A stretch of DNA of 63,972 bases, filler included, from Lama guanicoe (taxonomy: Eukaryota): NCBI GenBank assembly GCA_013239625.1. It is 79 parts of 78 records of this genome, joined end to end, with 100 filler letters (N's around TTAATTAATTAA, not from the genome) between each part and the next. Parts side by side here need not be neighbours in the genome. Positions count along the whole stretch, not along the records: positions 49,466 to 49,892 come from PNXV01002392.1; positions 49,993 to 50,803 come from MU053537.1; positions 50,904 to 51,428 come from PNXV01002395.1; positions 51,529 to 52,280 come from PNXV01002396.1; positions 52,381 to 52,828 come from PNXV01002397.1; positions 52,929 to 53,794 come from MU053538.1; positions 53,895 to 54,369 come from PNXV01002400.1; positions 54,470 to 55,108 come from PNXV01002401.1; 71 more parts are not named here. One strand, given 5' to 3'. Numbering within the stretch: position 1 is the stretch's first letter; each line of letters begins with the position of its first letter. The notes below the pieces were generated by a model. That model was not told the origin of the DNA. It saw nothing but the letters and a program-made list of their open reading frames with translations, and did no database searches. Of the stretch, positions 49,366 through 63,359 are shown piece by piece. The translations under genes and the position numbers were made by a program.

Positions 49366-49992
49366 NNNNNNNNNNNNNNNNNNNNNNNNNNNNNNNNNNN
49401 NNNNNNNNNTTAATTAATTAANNNNNNNNNNNNNNNNNNNNNNNNNNNNNNNNNNNNNNNNNNNNTCAAATTGCTCACCAGTAAAGAACAACACAACATG
49501 ACTCTGTGAAAACCATCTGACCTCATCAAAATTGTGCAGATAATAGGAAACAAAATACAACAAAAGGCTTCTGCTATTGTCCTAGGCAGAAAGACCAAAG
49601 TAATTAGAAATAGATTTTGCAAATTATTACATATACAGTGTCAAATAAAATTAATTCCAGTAAATCCACATATTTAGATGAGAATATTTAGATGAGAATA
49701 AATATTTAGAATGAAAGGTGAAATTCTGTTTCACGTTACTTTAGCCTAATAGCACAGAAGACCTTGTGTTCCCCACTGTTCCAACCTAATCTCTAAGTGG
49801 AAGCACAGCGGTTTCAGGGTCGAGTCTCAACTGTGAACACTTCCCTGTTTTCACCCTCCTCGATCAGAAAATTAGCTCATTAATTTTTATGTNNNNNNNN
49901 NNNNNNNNNNNNNNNNNNNNNNNNNNNNNNNNNNNNTTAATTAATTAANNNNNNNNNNNNNNNNNNNNNNNNNNNNNNNNNNNNNNNNNNNN

Positions 49993-50803
49993 GGCTCTAT
50001 CAGACAAATTAGGAAGTTCATCTCCTCACAGATATAGGACAGTAAAGGTATTTTAAGGATTTTAGAGAAAAGAATTTACCTAAATCTGTAAGGCAGAAAC
50101 CCATGAAAAGCCTTGATGTGGCTTTCCTGGCCTTAGCAAACCTTATTAACATTCTACCCTGAGACTCCGTATTAAAACTTCCAACACAGCCAATTTAAAA
50201 NNNNNNNNNNNNNNNNNNNNNNNNNNNNNNNNNNNNNNNNNNNNNNNNNNNNNNNNNNNNNNNNNNNNNNNNNNNNNNNNNNNNNNNNNNNNNNNNNNNN
50301 NNNNNNNNNNNNNNNNNNNNNNNNNNNNNNNNNNNNNNNNNNNNNNNNNNNNNNNNNNNNNNNNNNNNNNNNNNNNNNNNNNNNNNNNNNNNNNNNNNNN
50401 NNNNNNNNNNNNNNNNNNNNNNNNNNNNNNNNNNNNNNNNNNNNNNNNNNNNNNNNNNNNNNNNNNNNNNNNNNNNNNNNNNNNNNNNNNNNNNNNNNNN
50501 NNNNNNNNNNNNNNNNNNNNNNNNNNNNNNNNNNNNNNNNNNNNNNNNNNNNNNNNNNNNNNNNNNNNNNNNNAAGGACACTTGGTACTCTTAACTAGAC
50601 CATACACACCAAAGCTGAAGGAAACGGACTCTCGGATTCATTTCCTATCAGAAACAGACCCTGCAGTGCACTGGCCTATAGAGCACTGCTCACCTTAAAA
50701 CAATGCCCAATTGGAGAAAAAGCTACCAGGCCAGGGTGAGAAGAAGACGACATGTGAGATAGACAGCTGACCCAAGACAATGGACCAGGTCTGTATAACA
50801 ATT
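49993..50803 (+). mobile_element. Degenerate class I ERV internal sequence (integrase C-terminus remnant)
   Basis: 50575-50641 reads KG..LVLLTRPYTPKLK..DSRIH with frameshifts, resembling the integrase GPYxVLLTxPxAxKxxGxxSWIH motif. Confidence 0.55.
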
Positions 50804-50903
50804 NNNNNNNNNNNNNNNNNNNNNNNNNNNNNNNNNNNNNNNNNNNNTTAATTAATTAANNNNNNNNNNNNNNNNNNNNNNNNNNNNNNNNNNNNNNNNN
50901 NNN

Positions 50904-51428
50904 ATTCCATGTTCTAAATTCTATGTTCTATATTCTCTATACTATATTCTATGCTTTGTATTTTTCATTCTGTATTCTACATACGATATATAATCTAAAA
51001 ACTATATTCAGTCTTCTGTATTCTATATTCTAAATTCTCTGTTGTGCACTGCATTTCCAACTTCTGGGTTCTATATTCGCTATTCATTTCTATATTTTTT
51101 GTTCTTCATTTTATATTGTACGTTCTATATTCTGTATTCCGTACATTCTATATTATGTTTTCTACATTCTATATTCTAAATTTTGTATTAAGTATTCTGT
51201 ATTCTATAAACTAAATTCTGTGTTCTGATTCCATTTTTAATTCTGGGTTCTATATTAGCTTTTATATATTGTATAATTTGTGTTCTTCATTCTATATTCT
51301 GTATTCTATATTCTACATTCCGTATTCTATATTCAATATTCTGTGTTCTACATTCTATAATCTAAATACTATATTAAGTATTCCGTATTCTATATTCTAA
51401 ATTCTGTGTTCTGCATTCTATGTTCTAA
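50904..51428 (+). repeat. AT-rich heptamer satellite (more degenerate)
   Basis: Same heptamer vocabulary with more substitutions. Confidence 0.92.
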
Positions 51429-52010
51429 NNNNNNNNNNNNNNNNNNNNNNNNNNNNNNNNNNNNNNNNNNNNTTAATTAATTAANNNNNNNNNNNNNNNN
51501 NNNNNNNNNNNNNNNNNNNNNNNNNNNNGCTCTTCCTGTCCATCTGTCTCCCACCACTTTTCCCCTCCTCTCCACCTACTCCCATCTTCTCCCTCCCTCA
51601 CTGCCCCACCTTCTCTCGCAGATCCCAGAGCAGATCGCTGGCCCTCCTGTGCATGCGCAGTCGGTGCCAGCTGGTCAGCTGGTTGAAAGCTCCATCTTTG
51701 AGCTGGGGATCTGCCCAAAGGCTTCTCAGCTCTGTTGGCCGGTAGGCTTTTGGCTCCTGCCTGGGGCCGGGGCCTCTGGCTGTGGAATTACAAGGTGGGG
51801 GGATCTCAAGAAAGGGTTCAGGAGGCTGCGGGAGGGCGGTCCGCCTGTCACAGCCCCCCAGGGAGCCAGTCAGCATCTGTTCAGCTGAATTGCTAGGGCC
51901 AGGCCCCCAGGGCACCACCTGCCCCTGCGCCCCAGCCACAGCTGTCCAGGGCCAGGTGTGCACCTGCCGCCTCTCACCCAGCCAGGTTACCCTCAGTCCA
52001 TGGCTGGCGT

Positions 52011-52093
52011 CCCCTCCCCCTCTCCCGCCAGCGAGTCCTCTCTTCCCGGGCACCCCTCCCCCTCTCCCGCCAGCGAGTCCTCTCTTCCCGGGC
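52011..52093 (+). repeat. 42-bp perfect tandem duplication in a CpG-island-like fragment
   Basis: cccctccccctctcccgccagcgagtcctctcttcccgggc at 52011 and 52053. Confidence 0.9.
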
Positions 52094-52928
52094 TGCCTGT
52101 CCTTGGCCGCCTGCCGGTCCCCGCCCCTGGGCGGGCTGCGTCCTGGTCGCGCGGGGTGTGCGCACGCAGACAGAGCTGGGGCTGGGGCTGGCCTCCTAGC
52201 GGAGATGCAGCCCGCGTTTCCACCCCCCCCACATTCCCTGCCCCGCGACCCCGGGGCTGCACTCCTCTCCCTTTCCCGCTNNNNNNNNNNNNNNNNNNNN
52301 NNNNNNNNNNNNNNNNNNNNNNNNTTAATTAATTAANNNNNNNNNNNNNNNNNNNNNNNNNNNNNNNNNNNNNNNNNNNNTATATTTTAGTGTTATTTAT
52401 AATGATGGGCTACACAGTGGGAGAACGTTATTTCACAGCAGTGCTATAGAGATTCATTGCCAATCATCAAGACAAGCATGTGAGATGAAACTTATTAACC
52501 AAAATATAGACTCTAAACTGATAAAATATAAATAATACGTGCATGCTCAGCCCCAGATGGGCTACCACTACAAAAGTCAAAAGAAAACTTAAGGTCAATT
52601 GGAAAGGCAGATTTATAAAAGATAAATGCTAGTCTATTCTATTTATATTAACACAGAGAGGATTTTTACATATGCAATAGATGTTGGCTGATGGGAGAAG
52701 GCACAGCGGGCATACTTTTGGTATTGTTCAACACAGACTTCAAATGGGAAACTATCCTAAAAATGAGGCCAAAACTATTCCACTCTTTGACCACTAACTG
52801 AATATTTTCAAGAGAAAGGTAATGCTGANNNNNNNNNNNNNNNNNNNNNNNNNNNNNNNNNNNNNNNNNNNNTTAATTAATTAANNNNNNNNNNNNNNNN
52901 NNNNNNNNNNNNNNNNNNNNNNNNNNNN

Positions 52929-53793
52929 TTGTTATAAATGTCCTTTAGTATGTTGAGAAATGTTCCCATTGTACACAATTTCATGAGAGTTCTGATGATT
53001 AATGTATGTTGAATTTTGTCAAACGCTTTTTCTTTGTGTATTGACATGGTTTTGTGAATTTTGTCCTTCTTTTATTAGATATGTGTCATGCTGCTTGACT
53101 TGTGTATGTTGAACCGTCCTTGTGAATCTGGAAGGAATCCATCTGATCATCANNNNNNNNNNNNNNNNNNNNNNNNNNNNNNNNNNNNNNNNNNNNNNNN
53201 NNNNNNNNNNNNNNNNNNNNNNNNNNNNNNNNNNNNNNNNNNNNNNNNNNNNNNNNNNNNNNNNNNNNNNNNNNNNNNNNNNNNNNNNNNNNNNNNNNNN
53301 NNNNNNNNNNNNNNNNNNNNNNNNNNNNNNNNNNNNNNNNNNNNNNNNNNNNNNNNNNNNNNNNNNNNNNNNNNNNNNNNNNNNNNNNNNNNNNNNNNNN
53401 NNNNNNNNNNNNNNNNNNNNNNNNNNNNNNNNNNNNNNNNNNNNNNNNNNNNNNNNNNNNNNNNNNNNNNNNNNNNNNNNNNNNNNNNNNNNNNTACGTT
53501 TTTATAAATTTGTCCATTTCTTTTAGGTCATCCAGTTGGTTGTCATGTAACAGCTTATAGTGCTTTCATAATCTTTTTTTGTATTTCTATAATATCAGAT
53601 ATTATTTCTACTGTTTAATTACTCATTTTGTTTGGGTGCAGTCTCTGTATTTCTTGATAAGCCTGGCTAAATGCTTTCCTGTATGTTAATATTTTAAGGA
53701 AAATTAAAGCTGTTGATTTTATGATTTGTAATTTATTTTTCAACATTTTTATTTATTTTCGACCTAATCATTAAAGATTTCTCGTTCTACTGC
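52929..53793 (-). mobile_element. Old L1 ORF2 remnant
   Basis: Minus-strand peptides MDKFIKT and FQIHKDGSTYTSQ; tgttgaattttgtcaaacgctttttct. Confidence 0.8.
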
Positions 53794-53894
53794 CNNNNNN
53801 NNNNNNNNNNNNNNNNNNNNNNNNNNNNNNNNNNNNNNTTAATTAATTAANNNNNNNNNNNNNNNNNNNNNNNNNNNNNNNNNNNNNNNNNNNN

Positions 53895-54315
53895 AACTTA
53901 TTTTGGCTTTGGACATCATTTGACTAATTTATAGAGTCTGAGTGATTGACTTATTCCCTTTCTCCTAGAAATTGCAATATCCTTTCCTCCCTTGGACTAC
54001 CTGGAATTGAGTGAGCGTAGTCATCATTTTGAAAGCAGTCCTCATTCGTAATAATGCAGATCTTTTACACTTCTTTGCCCAGCACTTGAGAAAGAATCTT
54101 TGTTGTGGATCTCAGGGATTATCCTCACATTCCCGAATGCAAACATGAGAAAACACCACATTTTTATCCAAAATCAAGTCTTTGTCTCTATTGCATTCCC
54201 ATTGCAAAACAGTTAAGAATTGTAGGAGTTCTAAGATTTTACCATTCTGAGATTTTAAGCAACCTAGCATGTTCTTTTCTAAGATGCTATTGTGGAGTTG
54301 AGACCATCGGTCAGA
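53895..54315 (-). repeat. Unclassified low-copy repeat, second copy
   Basis: Reverse complement of 6820-7243. Confidence 0.9.
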
Positions 54316-56316
54316 GTCATTGAACTTTATAACTCACAGCAAGAGCAGCCAGTTTTAAATTTGTATCCANNNNNNNNNNNNNNNNNNNNNNNNNNNNNNN
54401 NNNNNNNNNNNNNTTAATTAATTAANNNNNNNNNNNNNNNNNNNNNNNNNNNNNNNNNNNNNNNNNNNNCTCTATCAAAAGACAGCGCTCTTCGGATGGC
54501 AGTGCTCCCCAAGGCGATCCGTATACTCAACATGGCTTCGATAACAATCCCTGCGGGCTGCTCTGCAGTAACTGACTAGCTGCTGCTACAATTCATATGG
54601 GAATTCGAGGGTCTCAGTAACCAAAACGTACTTGGAAAAGAAGAATAACGTGAGAGGACTTGTAATTCTCAATTTCAAACCTTACAACTGTATCTCTAGG
54701 TGAGATTAGAGGCCATTGTGAAGTTATTGCTATGTTTATCCTTATTTTCTAAATTCTCTACAATGAATATAACTGTTACAATAAGAAAAATGAAAAGTAA
54801 ACATGCACACCATTCATTCATTCAGAAAAAATTATTTTATCAATAAAGATATAAACAAATATCTAGTGAAAAAGGACTACTTAAAAACAAGAGTGCATTT
54901 TCATTTTTCATTAATTGAAAACTGAAAAGCACAAACATGTCGAGTTTCTAGGGAGACCAATGCAACATATTAATATTTATTTTCAAAAATTCTAATTGAA
55001 CAATGAAAACTCAGGAAAGGGAAATTCGTGATTGACAGCCAACTGCAAACACATGGAGGTCAAAGGCCTAGAAATCACAGTTCCTTTAACTCTACTACTA
55101 ACTCAATANNNNNNNNNNNNNNNNNNNNNNNNNNNNNNNNNNNNNNNNNNNNTTAATTAATTAANNNNNNNNNNNNNNNNNNNNNNNNNNNNNNNNNNNN
55201 NNNNNNNNATTGAATTCAATAATGGTGACATGCCTCACTAATAGAATGAAAATTAAACCTCACATAATCATCTCAATAGGTGTGGAAAATCACTTTACAT
55301 ACTGCAACAACCTTTTAAGATATTCCCAACAAGTTAAATTATTCAGTGGCACAATATCATATACACTCAAACACTGTGTCGAGAGAAATGAAGCAGTTCT
55401 CTGTTCATTGATTCTTTGGAAAAGGGTTTATATAGGACATGCACAATGCCTCACATATCTAAGTTATAACAATGATAATAATCTTAAGCTATTTACATCC
55501 CCATACTCTAGCAGTAAGCACAGAATTTTAAGTGATCAAGGATTGTGTTACAGTTCATCACGGAAATTCATTAAGTAGGCCATTTCTTATCCAGCAGGCT
55601 NNNNNNNNNNNNNNNNNNNNNNNNNNNNNNNNNNNNNNNNNNNNTTAATTAATTAANNNNNNNNNNNNNNNNNNNNNNNNNNNNNNNNNNNNNNNNNNNN
55701 ATTTTCTTACTTAAGAATTTAAAGGTAGACAGTGACAAAAGAAAGGGCATCTGTCTGAGTATTTATGTAGTAACCATTTTGACTAGCAAAATATAACACT
55801 GAAAAATTCATGTCAGATAATAATGTTGAAAGTAAATGTATACACTGACAAACAACAAGATGATTTCTCAAGAATACAAAGAGCTCTTATAAGTGAATAA
55901 TAAAAGTGAAAAAAACAATAAAAATAAGCAAAAAACAGAAATGAGCAATTTTGAGGATATTAAATCCCATTTCATAAGTTATGATTGTCAACTGCTCTTA
56001 AAATCAGTCTAATGTCAAAAAATTTATACTGAGGTAGAAATTTATACCAATCAAACTGCCAGTTTTAAAAGCAAAAGGCTACTTTCCTATAGTGCGAGTG
56101 GAAAATTACTAAAGATGTTAGACAAGCAATCAGAAAATTTCCAATTTGAAAGTATACTCTGACATGGCAACTCAATTCTGCAACTCTATCTCATTGCAAT
56201 TAAGCACCATTTCTGANNNNNNNNNNNNNNNNNNNNNNNNNNNNNNNNNNNNNNNNNNNNTTAATTAATTAANNNNNNNNNNNNNNNNNNNNNNNNNNNN
56301 NNNNNNNNNNNNNNNN

Positions 56317-56448
56317 GGGAAAAATAAAAAAGTAAAAGTAATATATGTATATATAAATATATATATAATGGAATCACTATATTGTACACCAGAAATTAAC
56401 ACAACATTGTAAATCAACCATACTTCAATAAAAAATAAAAATAAAAAA
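56317..56448 (+). mobile_element. L1 3' end with poly(A) tail (cetartiodactyl type)
   Basis: gaatcactatattgtacaccagaaattaacacaacattgtaaatcaaccatacttcaataaaaaataaaa. Confidence 0.85.
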
Positions 56449-58435
56449 GATACATTGAGAACAAAGGATTGTAATTTCAAAGAAAAGTAATGTTTAGGGG
56501 AAATGAAAGTAAACAATTTATGATCATTATTTGTAGAAAAGTTAAAGGCTTTTCAAGTATGAAAAATCTTTCAGAAAAGCATTTGAAAATGTGACTCCCT
56601 TTACATAAAGAACTGTATATTAATTTAGACACTTGAAACATCAATCTCATGCTTGCTATGCTATCTCCTTGTNNNNNNNNNNNNNNNNNNNNNNNNNNNN
56701 NNNNNNNNNNNNNNNNTTAATTAATTAANNNNNNNNNNNNNNNNNNNNNNNNNNNNNNNNNNNNNNNNNNNNGTCTTACTTGTAATCATCAAAAAAGTTT
56801 TTTATTGTATATCATTTGCCCAGAAGAATGGGCCTAGTTGGTTGGTTTTTGTTTGTTTATTTGTTCATTTGTTTCTATTTTGCTGGCCGCTTGGAGTTTA
56901 TTTTCCACTTGGTGCAAGGCACACTGTTCAGGGGTATGTCCGTAAGGCTTGCCTGCAGCTTAAATAGTAAAGAGTGGGGTTCTCTCAACTTCCTGTTTGG
57001 TGCTTTAATATAAAAGAACCCAACTGCTTCTGCTTACTCCCTGATCTACGGGATGAGGTGGGCAGGCTGGGATGGAGAGGGGGAGGTTCTGACCAGCCTA
57101 TCATCCCTGGAAGCCTGGTGCCTGGTAGTAGCCAGACAGGACAGGGTGGGTGATGGTTTTGCCCAGCTAGCCACCAGGCTGCTTCCACGTGGCTTTCTAA
57201 ACTAGATTACAGGAGATCATGACTCTAGAGGCCTGGGGAGATTCTGAGTGCTCTGGGAACTCAAGTACCATGGCCATGAACAGGAGAATGGACTTCCTAA
57301 AGAAGAAGTTTGNNNNNNNNNNNNNNNNNNNNNNNNNNNNNNNNNNNNNNNNNNNNTTAATTAATTAANNNNNNNNNNNNNNNNNNNNNNNNNNNNNNNN
57401 NNNNNNNNNNNNAAGGAAAAGGGAAAGAGTGTGAGAGATTTTGCAGAGGAGGAACAATTCTGTATCTTCACTATAGTGATGGTTACACAAATCAACATGT
57501 AATAAAACTGCACAGATACATGCAGGCATACATGCACGCACACATACATGGGTGCACGGGAAACCGGCAAAATCACAAAAAGCTCTATGGATCATACCAA
57601 TGTCAATTTCCAGATTTTAACACTGTACTACACTTTTGTAAGTGTTATCATTCAGGAAAACTGGGTGAAGGCTACCTAAGATCTCAGTGTACTAATTATG
57701 CTATAATTATTTCAAAATAAAAACTTAAAAGAAAAGAGATCAATGTGGCCAATTGATCATCTGTTCCTTTATGTCCCCAGTGTCCATCCTCTGAATAGCC
57801 AACGTTGGTTTATGGCCATCTGGTCCAAACACCCAAGCAAGAAGTCTTCTTCCAGTCTCTCCCCTCCACATCCAGTTAGGCAACACTTCCTATCTAGGTC
57901 AGCCCTGAAAAAAAATCTCAAAAGCAGATTTCTCCCTCTCCAATCTCACNNNNNNNNNNNNNNNNNNNNNNNNNNNNNNNNNNNNNNNNNNNNTTAATTA
58001 ATTAANNNNNNNNNNNNNNNNNNNNNNNNNNNNNNNNNNNNNNNNNNNNCTGTAACAGGAAAACATATGAAAGTATAAAAGTCGCTGGTAAAGGTAGTCA
58101 GAATAGTCTAATATTGTAAGAGTGGTAGGTTATCACTTATATCTGTAGTATAAAGGCTAAAAGACAAAAGTACTAAAATAATTGTATCTACAATGATTTA
58201 TTAACGAATACTCAATGTTAAAATATGTAAAAAATCAAAAACATAAAATGTGGAGGGGAGTGTAAAAGCATAGAGCTTCTGTGTGAGTTTGAAGTCAGAT
58301 TGTGATTAGCCTAAAATATATTCCTATAACTATGCTTTATGTAACCCTCATGGTAACTATAAAACAAAAACATGTAGTAGATAAATAAAAGACAAAAAGG
58401 AAGGAGTCAAATCACACAAATACAGAAAATCATCA

Positions 58436-58720
58436 AATCAAGAAGAAGCATAGGCTCATAGACATAGAACACAAACTTGTGGTTGCCAAGGGGGTGGGGG
58501 GTAGGAAGGGATAGACTGGGATTTCAAAACTGTAGAATAGATAAACAAGATTATACTGTATAGTACAGGGAAATATATACAGGATCTTATGGTAGCTCAC
58601 ACAGAAAAAAATGTGACAATGAATATATACAGGTTCATGTACAACTGAAAAATTGTGCTGAACCCTGAAATTTGACACTGTAAAATGATTATAAATCAAT
58701 AAAAAATGTTTTAAAAAATA
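58436..58720 (+). mobile_element. Young L1 3' end with A-tail, abutting an older L1 remnant (58050-58435)
   Basis: ctcatagacatagaacacaaacttgtggttgccaagggg...aaacaagattatactgtatagtacagggaaatata...aatcaataaaaaatg. Confidence 0.88.
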
Positions 58721-61516
58721 CAAGAGAGCTAATTTATACCGGAAATAAAATGGAGTGTGGGCCAAGTCTCACATTTCCTGATAAGTATGGAATATTAGAT
58801 ACCCGGAAGTTTTGAGGAAGCCAACCCGTTGTCAGGAAGTAATTTGGTGAGGTTTGAAGCAATGTAGTGGAGTCTTTTTAAATACTATTTATCTTTCTTT
58901 GTTTCATTTTACTTTTTATTGNNNNNNNNNNNNNNNNNNNNNNNNNNNNNNNNNNNNNNNNNNNNTTAATTAATTAANNNNNNNNNNNNNNNNNNNNNNN
59001 NNNNNNNNNNNNNNNNNNNNNGACTCAACTCAGCAGAGCGCCCTGCTGGGGAGAACCCCCCGTAGAAGCATTGCAGCCTGCCTGCCCTCCCGCACGCTCT
59101 GCTGACCCTTAGGGTCCTCCGTGGAGACCAGACCAACAGAGCTGTTCCCAACAGCTGCAAAGTCGCACACGTTAAATAAATCATTTGATTTTATATGATA
59201 TGTTACGTGTATACCCATCTATGAAAACAGCTTTGCCAGAAGCCCAAATCTTCAACATTAATCTGCAAAGGCAAATCCGGTCCCCAAGTGAAAACAAGAC
59301 TTAAGACGATGCTAAGTCCTCCAAAGTCCTCTCAAGGACCATCAACCAAACTGCCTGCAGGTCTGCAGCTGCAGGCGGTTACATGTCTGCACCCTTCCTG
59401 CCCTCGGGCGCTACAATATCCCCCTACACCTTCCCTTCTTAGGGTAAGAGCACTCGCTGCAGAACCTTGCAGAGCAGCACTGACAGGACTGGACAAAGAG
59501 GATCAGAGCTAAACTAAGCCTTNNNNNNNNNNNNNNNNNNNNNNNNNNNNNNNNNNNNNNNNNNNNTTAATTAATTAANNNNNNNNNNNNNNNNNNNNNN
59601 NNNNNNNNNNNNNNNNNNNNNNTCCATCTACAATGGTCACTTCAGTGAGGAGGGGTCTCGGAGACCTGGTGGTTGGTCCCCTCACGGGTCACGCTTCTCT
59701 ATACAACACCAAGAGGGAACGGCTGAAGCCCCTTAGTGATGGGGAACTCAGTTGCTACCAAGGAAGCAGATTCCTGTGTCAAGTCTAATTAAAAAATAAA
59801 ACAAACAGAACCTTACGTTGAGTCCAATTCTGTCTCTGTGATGCTTTTACCGAAATGACCAATTTTTGACCTCTGAATTAGTTTAAGTCTTCACATAATA
59901 TCCATCAAACATTTGAAGAATAATCTATTCGTAAGCAAGGTACATTGCATAAAGGCAAAAAAAAAAANNNNNNNNNNNNNNNNNNNNNNNTTTCAGCCCA
60001 CTAGAAACATACAGTTCTCCCTATCGACACTTTGGGGAGGTGTGTTAATTTTTTAACTCAAATGATGTTCATTTGGCACATGATATCCACCAGGCAGGGG
60101 GAGGCCTAAGTGATCAAGTCAAATATGCCCTGTGTGCTTAGACGTTAAAGAGTCCAGCTGGAAAGACAGGNNNNNNNNNNNNNNNNNNNNNNNNNNNNNN
60201 NNNNNNNNNNNNNNTTAATTAATTAANNNNNNNNNNNNNNNNNNNNNNNNNNNNNNNNNNNNNNNNNNNNTGGAGCCCTCCACCCGTGCTTCATTAGGCC
60301 TCGCACCAAGCTACCAACCCTAATCTCCTTTGCCTGAAGTACTTTTCTCTGCTTTTCTGCCTGGAAGGACTCTTGCTAAGACTTGGCAGGAACCCCTCCA
60401 CTTTTTAGAGATTATCTGCTCTCCTATCTAGGCATGAATTGCACTTGATTCTTGTCTTGATGGTGCATGATTGTGTCCTTGTCCATTGTGCTCCCCGGCT
60501 GGACTGATCCTGTCGAGTCAGGATTTCCATCTTCCCGTCCATGTCTGGAGCACCACAGCCTGGACCCTGGTTCTCATACATGTTTAAGTGACTTGAGCTT
60601 GGAGTTTCAACACACTCACATACAACGGTTAGATGAGTTGGCAGTAACATTGCCCCCAAGACCCCCACAAGGTTCTATATGGCATTTTTTTCCTGAGTGA
60701 AATTTCTCTTTTATTTGTTTTAGAGAATTCCCCACTGTCCTTTGAGATTATTAGAGTAACCCTGAGTTGTTAANNNNNNNNNNNNNNNNNNNNNNNNNNN
60801 NNNNNNNNNNNNNNNNNTTAATTAATTAANNNNNNNNNNNNNNNNNNNNNNNNNNNNNNNNNNNNNNNNNNNNATCAGACATCAATCTAAGACTTAACCT
60901 AACTTATATTAACTTTCATGTTGCTTTTGAATATGAAAATTAAATTCTGTACCTAAACAGTTTTATTTATTAACATTTCTTTCTCGTGTCATAATTACAA
61001 GTATGCCATAGGTAACTAGGAGATAATACACGTGACAAAGAGAGGTATATACAAAGTGCAATGAGGGGAGAGAAGAGGGATCACTTGTGCCAAGGGAGAG
61101 GACCCAGAGGGCTTCTTGGAGAGAGTCAAACTTTATAAATGTAGCCTAGGATGGTGGAACATAAGGAAGGAGTACCAAGAAGAGAGAAAAGGATAGAAGG
61201 GGATAAAACTGGAAAGCAGGTTGTTATCAGATTTTACAGAACTGATTCTACCATGAGGCAGAGATTGAAATTTACACTTCATGCGTGAGTAGCTCCTAAG
61301 TAGGGTGGTGACTGTGCGGGGCACCAGAAAGTAACANNNNNNNNNNNNNNNNNNNNNNNNNNNNNNNNNNNNNNNNNNNNTTAATTAATTAANNNNNNNN
61401 NNNNNNNNNNNNNNNNNNNNNNNNNNNNNNNNNNNNCCCAACAAGGCAAGATAAAGAGTTAAATTATAAAAATTAGGTGGACAGTAGTCCTAGTTCTAAG
61501 GTTTAAAGAAGTGGGT

Positions 61517-61672
61517 GCAATGATTCCCAGCTGCACGTTACAATCACCTCCGGAGCGTCAAAATGCCCGGATGCCTGTGTCCCACCCCTGGAAACTGATC
61601 TAATGGGTCTGGGGTATCACATTGGAATATTTAAAAGATCCTCAGATGATTCTAATAAACAGGCAAGTTTCT
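61517..61672. mobile_element. MER5-like hAT-Charlie DNA transposon remnant
   Basis: gctgcacgttacaatcacct...atgcctgtgtcccacccc...ctgatctaatgggtctgggg...tttaaaagatcctcagatgattctaat. Confidence 0.7.
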
Positions 61673-62257
61673 GAGTTTTCCAAGGTTGTCGAACTAGAGA
61701 GAAATAGAACTGAGATTAATTTCAGGACCCTTGGTTTCTGGTCCAGTACATCCAACAAAAACAATCGTAAGGAGGAAAAACAGTAAGACTGGTAGGAAGG
61801 AAACTCAGGAAGCCAAACTTACTTTTTTCCCTCTATCTTAATTTTCGTGGAGTTTAAATTTGAATGGCTACTGGTGGGTGAAAATGGGCTAGTTGTTACT
61901 GGTAGAAATGGATCAGGAGGAAGATGGGAGGCAAGAGATGGAAGAGAGAAGGGGGCCTGCGGCCATCCGGATGGGAGGACAAAACAGCAGTGATGNNNNN
62001 NNNNNNNNNNNNNNNNNNNNNNNNNNNNNNNNNNNNNNNTTAATTAATTAANNNNNNNNNNNNNNNNNNNNNNNNNNNNNNNNNNNNNNNNNNNNAAACA
62101 GATTCTTCCTTTGTTTCCCAGCCTTCCCTATATATTTTTTGGTTCCTCCTCCTCAGTTTCTTAGGCCTGACAGTTTAAATGTTATGTAAAGTTTCATTGT
62201 AACTATACTATTTTCTGTTTATACTTTCTCCCTTTGTTATTCCAAAAGCTGTTTTGC

Positions 62258-62612
62258 TGAAAGAGTAAATAAAATTGGCAAATCTCTAGTGAAACTCACA
62301 AAGAAGAGAAAAGAGAGAGCACAAATAAGCAAAATAAGAAAGGAAAATGGGGAAATTAAGGAAAATGGGTACAACAAATAAAATAGAAATACAGAATATC
62401 ATACAAGAATATTATGAAAAACTTTATGGAACCAAATTGGATAACCTAGAGGAGATGGACAAATTTCTGAAAACATACAGTACAACAAGACTGAATCAAG
62501 AAGAAACTGACCATTTGAACAAACAGATCACTAGAAGTGAAATCAAATTAGCAATAAAAAAACCTTCCTACAAATAAAAGTCCAGGACCAGATGGCTTTA
62601 CTGGGGAATTCT
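62258..62612 (+). mobile_element. L1 ORF2 fragment (between endonuclease and RT domains)
   Basis: Peptide [36 protein letters not shown]...LNQEE, followed by SPGPDGFTGEF in a shifted frame. Confidence 0.95.
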
Positions 62613-62769
62613 NNNNNNNNNNNNNNNNNNNNNNNNNNNNNNNNNNNNNNNNNNNNTTAATTAATTAANNNNNNNNNNNNNNNNNNNNNNNNNNNNNNNN
62701 NNNNNNNNNNNNCCTTTTCCCTGGTTTTGAGCATTTTATATGATTCTATTTTATTTCCTCTCTTAGTTT

Positions 62770-63259
62770 TTCAGTTTTTTAATACAGTTTTAAAGGTTAA
62801 TTTACATTAACAGTTATTACAAAATATTGGCTATATCCCCGTGTTGTATGATATGTCCTTGAACCTATCTTACACCCAATAGTTTGTAACTACTCCCGCT
62901 CCTCCACCCAGTATTGTTCCCCCCACCCCTACTGGTAACCACTAGTTTGTTCTCCTTATCTGTAAGTCTGCTGCTTTTTGTTATTTCCCTGGTTTGTTGT
63001 ATTTTTAGATTCCACATATAAGTGACATCATACTGTATTTGCCTTTCTCTGTCTGACTTATTTCACTTAGCATAATGTTCTCCAAGTCCATTCATGTTGC
63101 TGGAGATAGCAAAATTACCTTTTTTTTAATTTTTTGGCTGAGTAGTATTCTGATACGTATATATACTGCATCTTCTTTATCCACTCATCTGTTGATAGAC
63201 ACTTAGGCTGCTTTCATATCTTTACAGTTGTAAATAAGGCTGCTGTTAACATTGGGGTG
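62770..63259 (-). mobile_element. L1 3' UTR remnant
   Basis: ttttagattccacatataagtgacatcatactgtatttgcctttctctgtctgacttatttcacttagcataatg. Confidence 0.9.
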
Positions 63260-63359
63260 NNNNNNNNNNNNNNNNNNNNNNNNNNNNNNNNNNNNNNNNN
63301 NNNTTAATTAATTAANNNNNNNNNNNNNNNNNNNNNNNNNNNNNNNNNNNNNNNNNNNN

